Positions 38,618-48,376 of a stretch of DNA of 64,000 nucleotides are shown here, one piece after another. The stretch is from a bacterium (GTDB taxonomy: Bacteria; RBG-13-61-14; DATKZS01). The notes below the pieces were generated by a model. It did not search any database. It saw only the letters and a program-made list of their open reading frames with translations, and was not told the origin of the DNA. The position numbers and the translations under genes are program-made. Numbering within the stretch: the first letter of the stretch is position 1; each line of letters opens with the position of its first letter. The stretch covers positions 448,001 through 512,000 of the forward strand of contig CAXXFL010000006.1 of the NCBI GenBank assembly GCA_963674965.2, given 5' to 3'.

Positions 38618-38897
38618 ATGGTCAGGATGGCAAGAGCCGTTGTTCCTCGCGCGCCCCACCACGTTAATTAGCGGGGCAACGGGAGGCAGCAAACCTTTTC
38701 GGTTAGACAAGGTACCCTATAATTTGGAGGACTTTTTGAATCTGTCCGTAATTGGCTCCGAGGTCTCGCGAATAAAAACGAGCGAGCGCACCGAGCGCCC
38801 CCTCTGGGAAAAGGACTTTGTGCGGGACTCGAGACCGCCCTCGGCCGCCGCCTCGCCCCCCAAAAGCCGGGCCGGCCTTAAGCCCGAAAAGAAGTGA
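38618..38897 (+). pseudogene. REP-associated tyrosine transposase (RAYT, Y1 HUH) remnant, internally deleted
   Basis: N-terminus MVRMARAVVPRAPHHVN*RGNGRQQTF and C-terminus ERTERPLWEKDFV / LETALGRRLAPQKPGRP; middle missing; flanked by inverted motifs at 38562-38581 and 38899-38920. Confidence 0.8.
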
Positions 38898-39265
38898 GTT
38901 AAGTATGGATGTCCCCAGATCAACGCCCCCCAGGGTCTGTTGAACGGGAAGCCTTCGGAGTTTATCGCTTTGGATGCCTCCGGCAGAGAATAGAAAAGGG
39001 GCGAAGCTTATAGCCCCGCCCTGACGTCTGGCAGCCCGCGCGGCGCTCAGGTCGCTCTCCAGCGTTGCCCTATCCTCCGGGCGAACAAGGATAAGGTATC
39101 ATGAAATAACCGCCTAACAAAACCCGAAAATGGGGAGCCTCCCTCTCCCCTTGACTTTACTTATCATGGATGTCCCCAGATCTCCCTCTAATAATATTGA
39201 AAACTATATCCGATTATTTAAACGTTCCTTAATCTGATTATTTTATAGCGGGTCATCGTTGTTCC

Positions 39266-40711
39266 TTACCTCTCGATTCCCGCGGCGGCGGCCATGACGT
39301 CGAAGATCATGGAGTTATCGAGAAGGGTCGTGCCGGAGTGCCACGAACCCTGACGGAGGATGAATCCTCTCGATCCGGGCCCGGTGGCGTATACCATAAC
39401 CAGTTCGTTCGTATGGGAGCCGGGGCCGTAAGTGACCTCGCCGTCGGGATAGGACGATCCGGCCTGAGCGGGTAGGTCTCCCCTGCCCAGGACGGGAGCG
39501 TCGGTCAGGCGCATGAGACCGTTGCCGTGGTCCGAGGTGACGATGACCAGGGTGTTCAGGCGGGTAACGCCGTCTCCGGGCCGGTCGATAAAGTCCATGG
39601 CCGCGGATACGGCCCGGTCCAGGTCCCAGACGCACCCTATCATGCGGGCGTAGTCCCGGTTGTGGTTGGCCCAGTCCAGGTCTCCCTGCTCCGCCATGAG
39701 GAAGAAGCCGTCCTCATCGCGGCTGAGAATTACCAGGGCCGCCTCGACCGCCTCGGCCAGGGAGGGATTTTCCATCTGGACTGAGAACCCCGGCGAGCCG
39801 GGGGCGTCCACCGGCGCCGGCGATTCAAAGTTCCCTCCCGCCCCGCCGAAGATACCGAACAGTTTCTTGTCCGGGCCCAGTCCATAGGCGCGGTCAAGCA
39901 GGGCCGAACCGCCGTCCACCGACGAGGTCCTTTCGACCAGTTCGTACTCGGTTGAAGAACGGAGGGCCGTTAGCTGGTCCAAGGAAACGTATCCGCCCGT
40001 CCAGTCCGGATGTCCGCCCCCGATGACTACCTCGGGCCGGGTGGCATGGATGATCTCGTCGCCTATCTCGAGGTAGTTGCCTCGATTCACGTTATGGCTG
40101 ACGAAGGCCGCGGGGGTGGCGTGGGTTAAGGGAACGGTCGAGACCACGCCGATGGCCGCGCCCCATTTCGCCCGCATAAGCTCGGCGATGGTTATCAGTT
40201 CGCCTCCCGCGGGGTCCCCTCTCAGCCAGGACACGTTGCCGCCGTCGGTCTTATGGCCCGTGGACATGGCGGTGGCGGCGGCGGCCGAGTCGGTGGCCGC
40301 CCCGGTAAGATATTCCGCCAGACCGGACTTGTCCAGGGGCCATGGCGCCAGCCCTCCCAGCGCCGGATCGTAGCCCGTAAACGGGTCGAATGTCGCCTCG
40401 TTGTAGGGCGGCCGGCTGAAAGCTCCCGCCAAGGCGTTATAGGTATCGACGTCCCAGGTGGCCGCGCAGCCCCGGCAAGGGAAGGAGTGCCAGGTCAGAG
40501 AGTAGTCTTCGCCATGAAGATAGCGGCTACCGGCTATCTCGTGGACAAGATGCATTCCGTCGCCAATGAAAAGGATGACGTTTCTGGTCCTCGAGCGGGC
40601 CAGGCCGCGGGAGGATGACTGGTCCTGAAAGCGGACCTCACATCCGCTAGAGGCCAGAGCAGCCGCGAATAAGACAAGGACCGAGACCCCGCTCAGGATT
40701 TTTTTCCCCAT
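39266..40711 (-). CDS. Alkaline phosphatase (PhoA family), probable lipoprotein
   Basis: NVILFIGDGM, TDSAAAATA, THATPAAF, EQGDLDWANH, VTSDHG, SHTNELV; signal peptide ending SSGC. Confidence 0.95.
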   Translation of the reverse strand: MGKKILSGVSVLVLFAAALASSGCEVRFQDQSSSRGLARSRTRNVILFIGDGMHLVHEIAGSRYLHGEDYSLTWHSFPCRGCAATWDVDTYNALAGAFSRPPYNEATFDPFTGYDPALGGLAPWPLDKSGLAEYLTGAATDSAAAATAMSTGHKTDGGNVSWLRGDPAGGELITIAELMRAKWGAAIGVVSTVPLTHATPAAFVSHNVNRGNYLEIGDEIIHATRPEVVIGGGHPDWTGGYVSLDQLTALRSSTEYELVERTSSVDGGSALLDRAYGLGPDKKLFGIFGGAGGNFESPAPVDAPGSPGFSVQMENPSLAEAVEAALVILSRDEDGFFLMAEQGDLDWANHNRDYARMIGCVWDLDRAVSAAMDFIDRPGDGVTRLNTLVIVTSDHGNGLMRLTDAPVLGRGDLPAQAGSSYPDGEVTYGPGSHTNELVMVYATGPGSRGFILRQGSWHSGTTLLDNSMIFDVMAAAAGIER

Positions 40712-41165
40712 TCATTTTTCTCCAATGAAGACGATACAAGATGAAACCATTTTCAAATACTCCGCTCGGACCGACTAGCCACCCGATTCTTAGGATATCA
40801 CGAATAAAACTCGGCGCTCCTATTTCTGGGATGATCGGCGCCAGGACGGGGACGTCCCTCGGTTCATCCAGCAATCCGACCAGTCTTTGAACCGCCGAGA
40901 GAAGCGGTAAGGTCACCGCGCCCGTCACCATTCCGGCGCTGGACGGCTGTAACCGGGGCTGTGGAAGGTTCAGTACTCAATACCCCGGGTAGTGCCTCTA
41001 TGTATACCCCCTCCTCATGTTTGTCGATTGGTTTTCTTGACACGAGGCGGATTTATTGGTAATCTCGTTATGCTTTCAAGAGCATAACGAAAGGGCCATG
41101 AAAATTCAGTCAATATAAGCTCCTCGGCCGGAGGCCCGGCGAGGATATAACCATGGAGGTCAGTC

Positions 41166-42737
41166 ATGAGTGAAGCCGCTAAATTGGCCGAGTATCGCGA
41201 GTATAAAGTCATCGACCCCGCGACGGGGAAGGAGATCGCGTCGTATCCGCTGATGGACGCAGGGCAAGTGGACGAGAAAGTGGCGTCCGCCAGGAAGGCC
41301 TTCCCCTCCTGGAGCCAAACCAGCTTCAAGGAGCGCTCGAAAATAATGCTCGAGGCTTCCTCCTATCTGGCGGAAAACGCGGGCCGCTACGCTGACGATA
41401 TCGCGGCCGAAAACGGCAAGACGCGCTTCGACGCCCTCCTGGCCGACGTCTACGCCACGGCCGACCTCATGAAGTACGTGGCCAAGAACGCCGAGAAATT
41501 CCTCCGCCCCGTCAGGGTCTCCGCCGGCCTGGCCCTGCCTTTCCGCAAGGCCTATTTCCGCTACGAGCCCAAGGGCGTCATCGGGATCATCTCGCCCTGG
41601 AACTACCCGTTCAACCTCTCGGCCGGGCCCGCGGTCCAGGCCATCATGGCGGGGAACTCGGTCGTGCTCAAGCCGTCCTCCCAGACCACCAGGAGCGGGA
41701 TCATCACCAAGGAGATACTCGGCCGGGCGGGCCTTCCAGAGGGAGTCATCGAGGTGGTAACGGGAAGCGGCTCGGTATCGGGCCAGGCCCTTATCGAGCA
41801 TGACGACCTGGACATGCTCTATTTCACGGGCTCGACCCAGGTGGGGCGCGAGATATACATCAAGGCCGCCGAGCGCATTATCCCCGCCGTGATGGAACTG
41901 GGAGGAAACGACGTGGCCATCGTGACCAAAAACGCCGATCTCGAGCGGGCCGCCAACTGCCTGGCCTGGTCGTCCTTTACCAACTGCGGCCAGACCTGCA
42001 TCTCCACCGAGCTCATCCTGGTCCAGCGCGAGGTTTACGACAAGTTCGTCGAGAAGTACACCCAGGTCGTAAGCGCCATCAACCTGGGCAAGGAGGCGGG
42101 CGAGATCGGGGCCATGACCATGTCGTCCCAATTGAAGATCGTGGAGGACCAGCTCGAGGACGCCAGGCAAAAGGGCGCGAGAATCCTGACCGGCGGCAAG
42201 AAGCCGGAGGGACCGGGCCTTTTTTACCCGCCCACCGTCATCGTCGACGCCAAGCCGGACATGAAGCTCATGAAGGAGGAAACCTTCGGGCCCCTCAAGC
42301 CCATCGTCGCCTTCGATAACATCGACGAGGCCATCGAAATGGCCAACGACTCCGAGTACGGTCTCTCGGGATCGGTCTTCACCAAGGACCTCGAGGAGGG
42401 CAGAAAGATCGCCTACCGTATCAAAACCGGCTCGGTCAATATTAACGACTCCATGATGACCCCCGCCATCCCGGCCCTGCCCTTCGGCGGCGTGAAGAAG
42501 TCGGGCATCGGCAGGAACCACGGCCGCCAGGGCATGAGGAACTTCTCCGATATCAAGTCCGTCACCGAGTATAGCGGCGGCGTCAAAAGGGAACTCTTCT
42601 GGTACCCCATCCCGCCCGGCGCCGACAAGCTCATCGAGAAAGTCCTCGTGATCCTCTACTCTAATAAAATCTCCGCCAAGGTCTCGGCGGCGTTGTCGTC
42701 AATCGGGCTGGCGGGGAAGTTGTATAGGAAGATGTGA
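41166..42737 (+). CDS. NAD(P)-dependent aldehyde dehydrogenase
   Basis: ISPWNYP, LKPS, FTGSTQVG, MELGG, GQTC, EETFGP, PFGGVKKSGIG. Confidence 0.97.
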   Translation: MSEAAKLAEYREYKVIDPATGKEIASYPLMDAGQVDEKVASARKAFPSWSQTSFKERSKIMLEASSYLAENAGRYADDIAAENGKTRFDALLADVYATADLMKYVAKNAEKFLRPVRVSAGLALPFRKAYFRYEPKGVIGIISPWNYPFNLSAGPAVQAIMAGNSVVLKPSSQTTRSGIITKEILGRAGLPEGVIEVVTGSGSVSGQALIEHDDLDMLYFTGSTQVGREIYIKAAERIIPAVMELGGNDVAIVTKNADLERAANCLAWSSFTNCGQTCISTELILVQREVYDKFVEKYTQVVSAINLGKEAGEIGAMTMSSQLKIVEDQLEDARQKGARILTGGKKPEGPGLFYPPTVIVDAKPDMKLMKEETFGPLKPIVAFDNIDEAIEMANDSEYGLSGSVFTKDLEEGRKIAYRIKTGSVNINDSMMTPAIPALPFGGVKKSGIGRNHGRQGMRNFSDIKSVTEYSGGVKRELFWYPIPPGADKLIEKVLVILYSNKISAKVSAALSSIGLAGKLYRKM

Positions 42738-43086
42738 GGGAAGCCCCAGGTAACGCGCGCGGGTACCGCGAGAAAGAATCGTTTTTTGAGCCGCCGCGGG
42801 AATCGAGAGGTAAGGAACAACGATGACCCGCTAAAAAAAATTGATAAAGGCAAGCCCTGATAAGCGGAAATATAAAAAAGAAATCTTCCGGCGCGTCTCT
42901 GATTGTCTTTTCAAAAATATTGGCCTTTATGGCCGATCCTCGATCAAAATTTTTCAGTTCCATGTATATTTTAATATACAAGCGGTCAAATGAAGGGGGA
43001 AGCTTTTCTAAAGCAATCCCCTCTTTCAAATCGTGTTATTATCTATAGTGGCTCACGCTTTTGCCGGCGTGGAGCGGGCGGCCCAA

Positions 43087-45819
43087 ATGAACAAGAGGAA
43101 AAAGGTCCTTCTGTCACTATTAATCCTTTTCTTGGCGCTATCATTTTGCCAGAGGCGAGAGCTTTATGATTTTTTCGCTGGTTGGGAAGAAAACCTGGAG
43201 TTTGCGGCCGACCGGTATTATCACATCCGGACCAGCCGCATGGATTTCATGGGCATTCATTACGTGGCCTCGCGAGGACAGGCCGAGGCCGCCAAAAGGA
43301 TACTGGAGAAAAATCCCGGGGCGGCCGACTCCAGGGATTATCGAGGCCGGACCCCAATCTTCAAGGCGGTAAAAAGGGGAAGCTACAAGACCCTGGAAGT
43401 GCTTCTTTCAGGCGGGGCCGACGTGGCCGCCCGGGACTACCTGGGCAAGACCTGCATGGACGTCCTGGCCGAAAGCTCTCCCGCCATGTCCGCCCATCGG
43501 CGCGAGCTGGTCGAATCCGAGTTGTCCCAGTGGCGACACCGGCGCGCCTCCGCCGAATACGCCGAGCTTAAGAAAATAATAATAGCGGGAGACTTGAAAC
43601 GCCTTCGCTACTCCTGGAAAAAAATACCCCCCGAGATTGGCGAGATAATAGTCCAAAAGGACAACGAGCGGACGCCAAGTCTTTTAAAGGTGGCGGCGGA
43701 AAAAGGCGACGCCGATATATGTCTTTTCCTTGTCTCCCTGGGCCAGGACCCTTATCGCGCCGATTCCCGCTCTCCATCCGCTCTCTCCCGCGCCGCGAAA
43801 AACGGCCACGTCGAGGCGGTCGAGGCTTTGTTGACCAACCGCCCGAGCCTCCGAAATGAGGACGCTCCCGCCAACGACCCGGTCATGGCCGCGCTTAAAG
43901 CCGGACGTCCAGAGGTGGTAAAGACGCTTATCCGGCGCGGGGCCGACTATTCGGCCGTGGATGAAAAAGGGCGTTCCATACTCCACCTGGCGGTCGAAAG
44001 CGGCATGGACGACCTGGCCGGGTTTCTGGCCCTCAAGTCTCGTTTGGCGAATAAAAAGGACAAAGGCGGTTTGACTCCCCTTTTTTACGCTCTGTTCGCG
44101 GGCAAGGTCGAACTGGCCAGGACCATGATAGACAACCGGGCCGACCTCGGCTTGTGCGACGGCGAGATGCTTCTCATCCACGCGGCCCAAAAGGGAGACC
44201 TTAAGACGGCCTCTTTCCTTCTGGACCATGAGGATGGAAATTACATGGATATCGACGGCCAAAGCTCGCTTGGAAAAACCGCCCTCTTCGCCGCGGCCGA
44301 AAAAGGCGAGGAAAAGGTCGTCGATTTCCTGTTAAGCCGAGGCTCCCTGGCCGATGCTCGCAACGAGCGGGATGGCATGACGGCCCTGCATGAGGCCGCC
44401 TCGCTCAATTACCTGGGGGTCGTCAAGGTCCTGCTGGACAAGGGCGCCGACGTGAACGCCCTGGATGACAAGGCCTACTCTCCATTGCATTACGCCGCCG
44501 CCAACGGGCGGCTGGAGACCATCGAGGAGTTAGCCCGGCGCGGGGCGCGACTGGATGGAAGTTCCCACGGGCCCGCTCAGCCGCCTCCCCTGGCTTTCGC
44601 CGTGTCTTCCGGCATGGCCGAGGCCGTGACTTTGCTTCTCGATCTTGGCGCCGGGGCCGTGAACGCCCGGCTCGACTCGGAGCCAGGCGGCGAGGACCAG
44701 GCGAAATTATCGAACGCCTCTCTACTTCACCTGGCGGTTGGCCGCCGCGACAAGGACATAGCCCGGACCCTGATCGAGCATGGGGCCGACCCTAACGCCG
44801 GAGATTGCCGCGCCGAGTTCATGGGTAATTCCCACGAGGATATAACGCCCCTTCAACTGGCCTTGCTTGCCGAGCGCGAAATATCCATCGACATGCTCGA
44901 GACCCTTCTAGAGGGGGGAGACGGCCTCGAGAAGACGGACTCCCTGGGCCGAACCGCTCTGATGTACGCCGCGTACGGAGGATCAAAGGACGCGATCGAG
45001 TTTCTCCTTGAAAGAGGCGCCGATCCCGACGCCAGGGACCGGGATGGAAGGACGGCCCTGCATTGGTTCGCCATGGGTCCGCACAGATACTGGTGGAGAG
45101 GCAATACCGACCTGGAAGCGGCGAAAGTCCTTCTTGCCTCGCCGGCCGAGATTAACGCCCCGGATAATGACGGGAATTTGGCGCTTCACCTGGCGGCAAA
45201 CAAGGGAGACTCTTCTCTAATCGGGATTCTTTGCGAACATGGCGCCAACCCGAACCTAAGAAATATAAAAGGTCTCAACTCGATACACCAATTGTCCGGC
45301 GTCGACCGCCGCATATTTGGTGAATGCTTGGAAGCGCTGGTCGCCGGAGGAGGAGACGTGGACGCCAGGTTCCCCGACGGTGAAACCTTCCTTCTCAAGG
45401 CCGCGAAAATGAGAAATCACTTGGCCATCGAAGAACTGCTGAAAGCGGGAGCGGACGTTAGGCTTAAGGTGAGGAGCTTTGTCATCGATGACGTCGAATT
45501 TAAGGAATCCACATTTCTTCATCTCGCCGCCGCCCAATATGACCCAAGGCTTACAAGCGCCCTTTTAAAGACGGATGCCGACGTGAACGCGCCGGATAAA
45601 GACGGCAAAACTCCATTGCATTGGATGGTCCCCACCCTGGAAGATTATCAATCCGACAACTATTTGGCCGAGTACCCGTCTCTCGCGGCTCTCCTTGAAA
45701 GAGGCGCCGATCCCCGCCGCAAGGATAACGCGGGCAAATCCCCTCTCGACCTCGCCCGAGAACTCGGCAACCGCGGCCTGATTACCGCGCTGGAGGAATC
45801 GCGCGGGGAGAATGAATGA
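43087..45819 (+). CDS. Large exported ankyrin-repeat protein
   Basis: Signal peptide MNKRKKVLLSLLILFLALSFC; many ANK repeats (GRTPIFKA, GMTALHEAA, SPLHYAA, GRTALMYAA, GKTPLHW). Confidence 0.93.
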   Translation: MNKRKKVLLSLLILFLALSFCQRRELYDFFAGWEENLEFAADRYYHIRTSRMDFMGIHYVASRGQAEAAKRILEKNPGAADSRDYRGRTPIFKAVKRGSYKTLEVLLSGGADVAARDYLGKTCMDVLAESSPAMSAHRRELVESELSQWRHRRASAEYAELKKIIIAGDLKRLRYSWKKIPPEIGEIIVQKDNERTPSLLKVAAEKGDADICLFLVSLGQDPYRADSRSPSALSRAAKNGHVEAVEALLTNRPSLRNEDAPANDPVMAALKAGRPEVVKTLIRRGADYSAVDEKGRSILHLAVESGMDDLAGFLALKSRLANKKDKGGLTPLFYALFAGKVELARTMIDNRADLGLCDGEMLLIHAAQKGDLKTASFLLDHEDGNYMDIDGQSSLGKTALFAAAEKGEEKVVDFLLSRGSLADARNERDGMTALHEAASLNYLGVVKVLLDKGADVNALDDKAYSPLHYAAANGRLETIEELARRGARLDGSSHGPAQPPPLAFAVSSGMAEAVTLLLDLGAGAVNARLDSEPGGEDQAKLSNASLLHLAVGRRDKDIARTLIEHGADPNAGDCRAEFMGNSHEDITPLQLALLAEREISIDMLETLLEGGDGLEKTDSLGRTALMYAAYGGSKDAIEFLLERGADPDARDRDGRTALHWFAMGPHRYWWRGNTDLEAAKVLLASPAEINAPDNDGNLALHLAANKGDSSLIGILCEHGANPNLRNIKGLNSIHQLSGVDRRIFGECLEALVAGGGDVDARFPDGETFLLKAAKMRNHLAIEELLKAGADVRLKVRSFVIDDVEFKESTFLHLAAAQYDPRLTSALLKTDADVNAPDKDGKTPLHWMVPTLEDYQSDNYLAEYPSLAALLERGADPRRKDNAGKSPLDLARELGNRGLITALEESRGENE

Positions 45820-46155
45820 ATTGCTTTGAGAGCCGCGGCGGCCGATCGGTTTTTTTACCTTCTCATTTTCGCGATAGCGCGATTGACGTCATTGCCTTTG
45901 CTCGGCCGTGACAGGCATGAATATGACCCTGTATTCCTCTATTTTACAATCCATCGAATTCACGGGAACGATCATTATTCCCTTTATGGACTTCATGGCT
46001 ATCTAATCCGGATAGTTGGCAACTGGAATAATTATCTTCTTTTATTTAAATGCCGTTCATAAGTAACTTTATTTAAAAGCATTTTTACAATATCTTTTAT
46101 CTTTTTTCCCGCGAGAGCAATATTTGCGCCTTTCACTGGCAAAAAAATTAAAATC

Positions 46156-46183
46156 GTGTTACCGTAAATAGATCGATTAACCT
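46156..46183. promoter_or_regulatory. Candidate NikR-type operator GTGTTA-N16-TAACCT
   Basis: Imperfect palindrome with a 16-nt spacer, the same geometry as the E. coli NikR site GTATGA-N16-TCATAC, directly before the exbB RBS. Confidence 0.45.
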
Positions 46184-46188
46184 CAGGA

Positions 46189-47139
46189 GTGGAAATTATG
46201 CGCTATATCATTCCAGTTTCGCTGGTTGTTATTTTTCTTTTAGCCCCGTCAGTCTTAATAAAGGCGCGGGATATAGACGCGCCGGCAATTTCCGCGGGAG
46301 ATACCGTTTCAAAAATTGACGGAACAGCCACTGAAAACCAGCCATCGAAAGCGGGTACGGTAAAAGATGACGGTGATGCAAATCGCAAGTCTGAAAATAT
46401 AATTCCACCTAAAACCGATGAAGCACAAACCAGCGACCTTGTGCCCCGCTTGATGGGCCTTATGGAGGCGGGTATCGACTGGGTCCTCTGGCTGCTCTTT
46501 GGACTTGGCGCCATATGTCTTTTTCTTTTTATCGAGCGGACAATCTATTTCCTTATATACGCCGGCGGAGTCGCGAGAGCGCGGGAGACTCTTTGCGAGC
46601 ATCTTTCCCAGGGAGACTTGAAAAGGGCTCACGACTATTTCAAGGGCCGCCGGGAGATAGCGGCGAGGATAATCACTGAAGCCATTTCCAACGGCGGATG
46701 CGCTCCCGAGGCGGTGGCGGAAATGATAGACGGCCGGCTGATAGTGGAGCGGCAACGCCTGGAGCGCGGCTTAAGCGTGGTGGGGACCATAGGTTCCAAC
46801 GCGCCCTTTATCGGCCTTTTTGGGACGGTTCTTGGCATCATAAAAGCTTTCCATGATTTGTCCATCGCTCAGCAGGCTGGACCGGCGGTGGTGATGTCCG
46901 GAATCTCCGAGGCCCTGGTCGCCACCGCCATTGGGCTTTTGGTGGCCATCCCGGCGGTAGTGGTCTTCAACGTCTTCAAGGCCCGCTCGCGATCAGTTAT
47001 CGCGGGAGCGGAATCGGTTTTCAAACTCTACCTTAGTCATCAGTTGAATATCTGCCTCGGCGGGATGGAGAAATATTCTTCTCACCAGCCTCAACTCGAG
47101 GGCGGCGCGTTCGAATCGGAGTCGCTTCATGAAATCTAA
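46189..47139 (+). CDS. exbB: MotA/TolQ/ExbB proton channel protein with N-terminal extension
   Basis: TIGSNAPFIGLFGTVLGII.AF, GISEALVATAIGLLVAIPA. Confidence 0.93.
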   Translation: MEIMRYIIPVSLVVIFLLAPSVLIKARDIDAPAISAGDTVSKIDGTATENQPSKAGTVKDDGDANRKSENIIPPKTDEAQTSDLVPRLMGLMEAGIDWVLWLLFGLGAICLFLFIERTIYFLIYAGGVARARETLCEHLSQGDLKRAHDYFKGRREIAARIITEAISNGGCAPEAVAEMIDGRLIVERQRLERGLSVVGTIGSNAPFIGLFGTVLGIIKAFHDLSIAQQAGPAVVMSGISEALVATAIGLLVAIPAVVVFNVFKARSRSVIAGAESVFKLYLSHQLNICLGGMEKYSSHQPQLEGGAFESESLHEI

Positions 47140-47530
47140 GTGGGATGATGAGGAGGTTATAGCCGACATCAACGTCACTCCTCTCGTTGATATCATGCTC
47201 GTGCTATTAATTATCTTCATGGTAACCACGACTTTTATGCTGTCGCCGTCGATACCCGTTGAACTTCCCAGGGCCATGTCCGCCGAGGACCCGCCGGCGC
47301 GGGCCTTCGCCCTGGTCCTGGACAAGGACGGGACCCTGTATCTTAACGGCAACGAGACTTCTTTCAAGGAGGCCTCGGCCGAGTTACAAAGAGCTCTGGA
47401 TCGGGACCCCAAGATGCAGGCGATAATCGCGGCGGACGGCTCCGTCGATTATCAGAGCGTTATCAGTCTGATCGACCTGGTAAAGTCATCCGGCGTCAAG
47501 GACTTCGCCCTTAACGTGCAAAAAGAGTAA
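47129..47530 (+). CDS. exbD: ExbD/TolR biopolymer transport protein
   Basis: INVTPLVDIMLVLLIIFMV; AD..V.Y..VI. Confidence 0.95.
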   Translation: MKSKWDDEEVIADINVTPLVDIMLVLLIIFMVTTTFMLSPSIPVELPRAMSAEDPPARAFALVLDKDGTLYLNGNETSFKEASAELQRALDRDPKMQAIIAADGSVDYQSVISLIDLVKSSGVKDFALNVQKE

Positions 47531-47533
47531 ACC

Positions 47534-48376
47534 ATGGAACGAAGGTTAATTATAAGGGGCGCAAGTCGGTCGAGTCGGGCGGCAAACGGCCTTCGAGGCG
47601 AGCCGCTCAGATATTCATGGAAGGAAGAAAGATATCTCGCTTTGCGCGCTTTCGCGCTTGTCTTAGCGGTGACGGTCATCCTGGCCGGCGCTCGTGGTCT
47701 CTCCAAGGCTTCAACGTCGCCCTCCAGGCGCGACGCGTCATATCTGGTGAAGATTACCGATCGGAAAATCGACTTTCCCTCCGCGAAGCCGCCACCCGCT
47801 CCAGACCCGATCAAGCCCGAGGTAATCCCCGAGCAACCGGCCCCCAAGCCGCCGCCGAAGGCCGTCAGGAAGAGGAAACCCAGACGAAGCGCCAAGGAGG
47901 CGGCGATAAAATCGAGGCCTCGGACTCACAAGTCCGCCGATGAACCATCGGACAATCCCCCAAAAGAAGTATTCGGCGTGGACGCAAACTCGGTGGTAAA
48001 GGGAGGCGGCCAATCCACTCCCGTGGGCAATACCTTAATGAAGGAACCCGAGAGGGAATTTACGCCCCCTTGGAAGGTCAAGAGCGTCTACAATCCTCCC
48101 GAGGTGGATAAGGCCCCCCGATATAAAAAGGTGATCAAGCCCTCCTATCCGCGACCCGCCAGAATTCAAGGCGTGGAGGGAGTCGTAAAGATCAGCCTGG
48201 TCGTGGATGAAAATGGGAACCCGACTAGAATCAGAGTCACGAAAGGAATAGGCCACGGCTGCGACGAGGCCGCCCTTCGAGCGGTGGGGAATTATCGGTT
48301 CTATCCCGGTATTATCGACGGCCGGCCGGTCAAGGTCAGGGTCGTCGTCCCTGTGAGGTTTAGCCTCAATGATTGA
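47534..48376 (+). CDS. tonB: Energy transducer TonB
   Basis: TM, Pro/Lys-rich linker, YPRPARIQGVEGVV C-terminal domain. Confidence 0.92.
   Translation: MERRLIIRGASRSSRAANGLRGEPLRYSWKEERYLALRAFALVLAVTVILAGARGLSKASTSPSRRDASYLVKITDRKIDFPSAKPPPAPDPIKPEVIPEQPAPKPPPKAVRKRKPRRSAKEAAIKSRPRTHKSADEPSDNPPKEVFGVDANSVVKGGGQSTPVGNTLMKEPEREFTPPWKVKSVYNPPEVDKAPRYKKVIKPSYPRPARIQGVEGVVKISLVVDENGNPTRIRVTKGIGHGCDEAALRAVGNYRFYPGIIDGRPVKVRVVVPVRFSLND

Noticed and set aside
45826-46150. Possible cobalamin riboswitch or small ORF before exbB
   Set aside because: No B12-box or GGGAA/GCCACTG elements found; the ORF has AT-rich non-coding character
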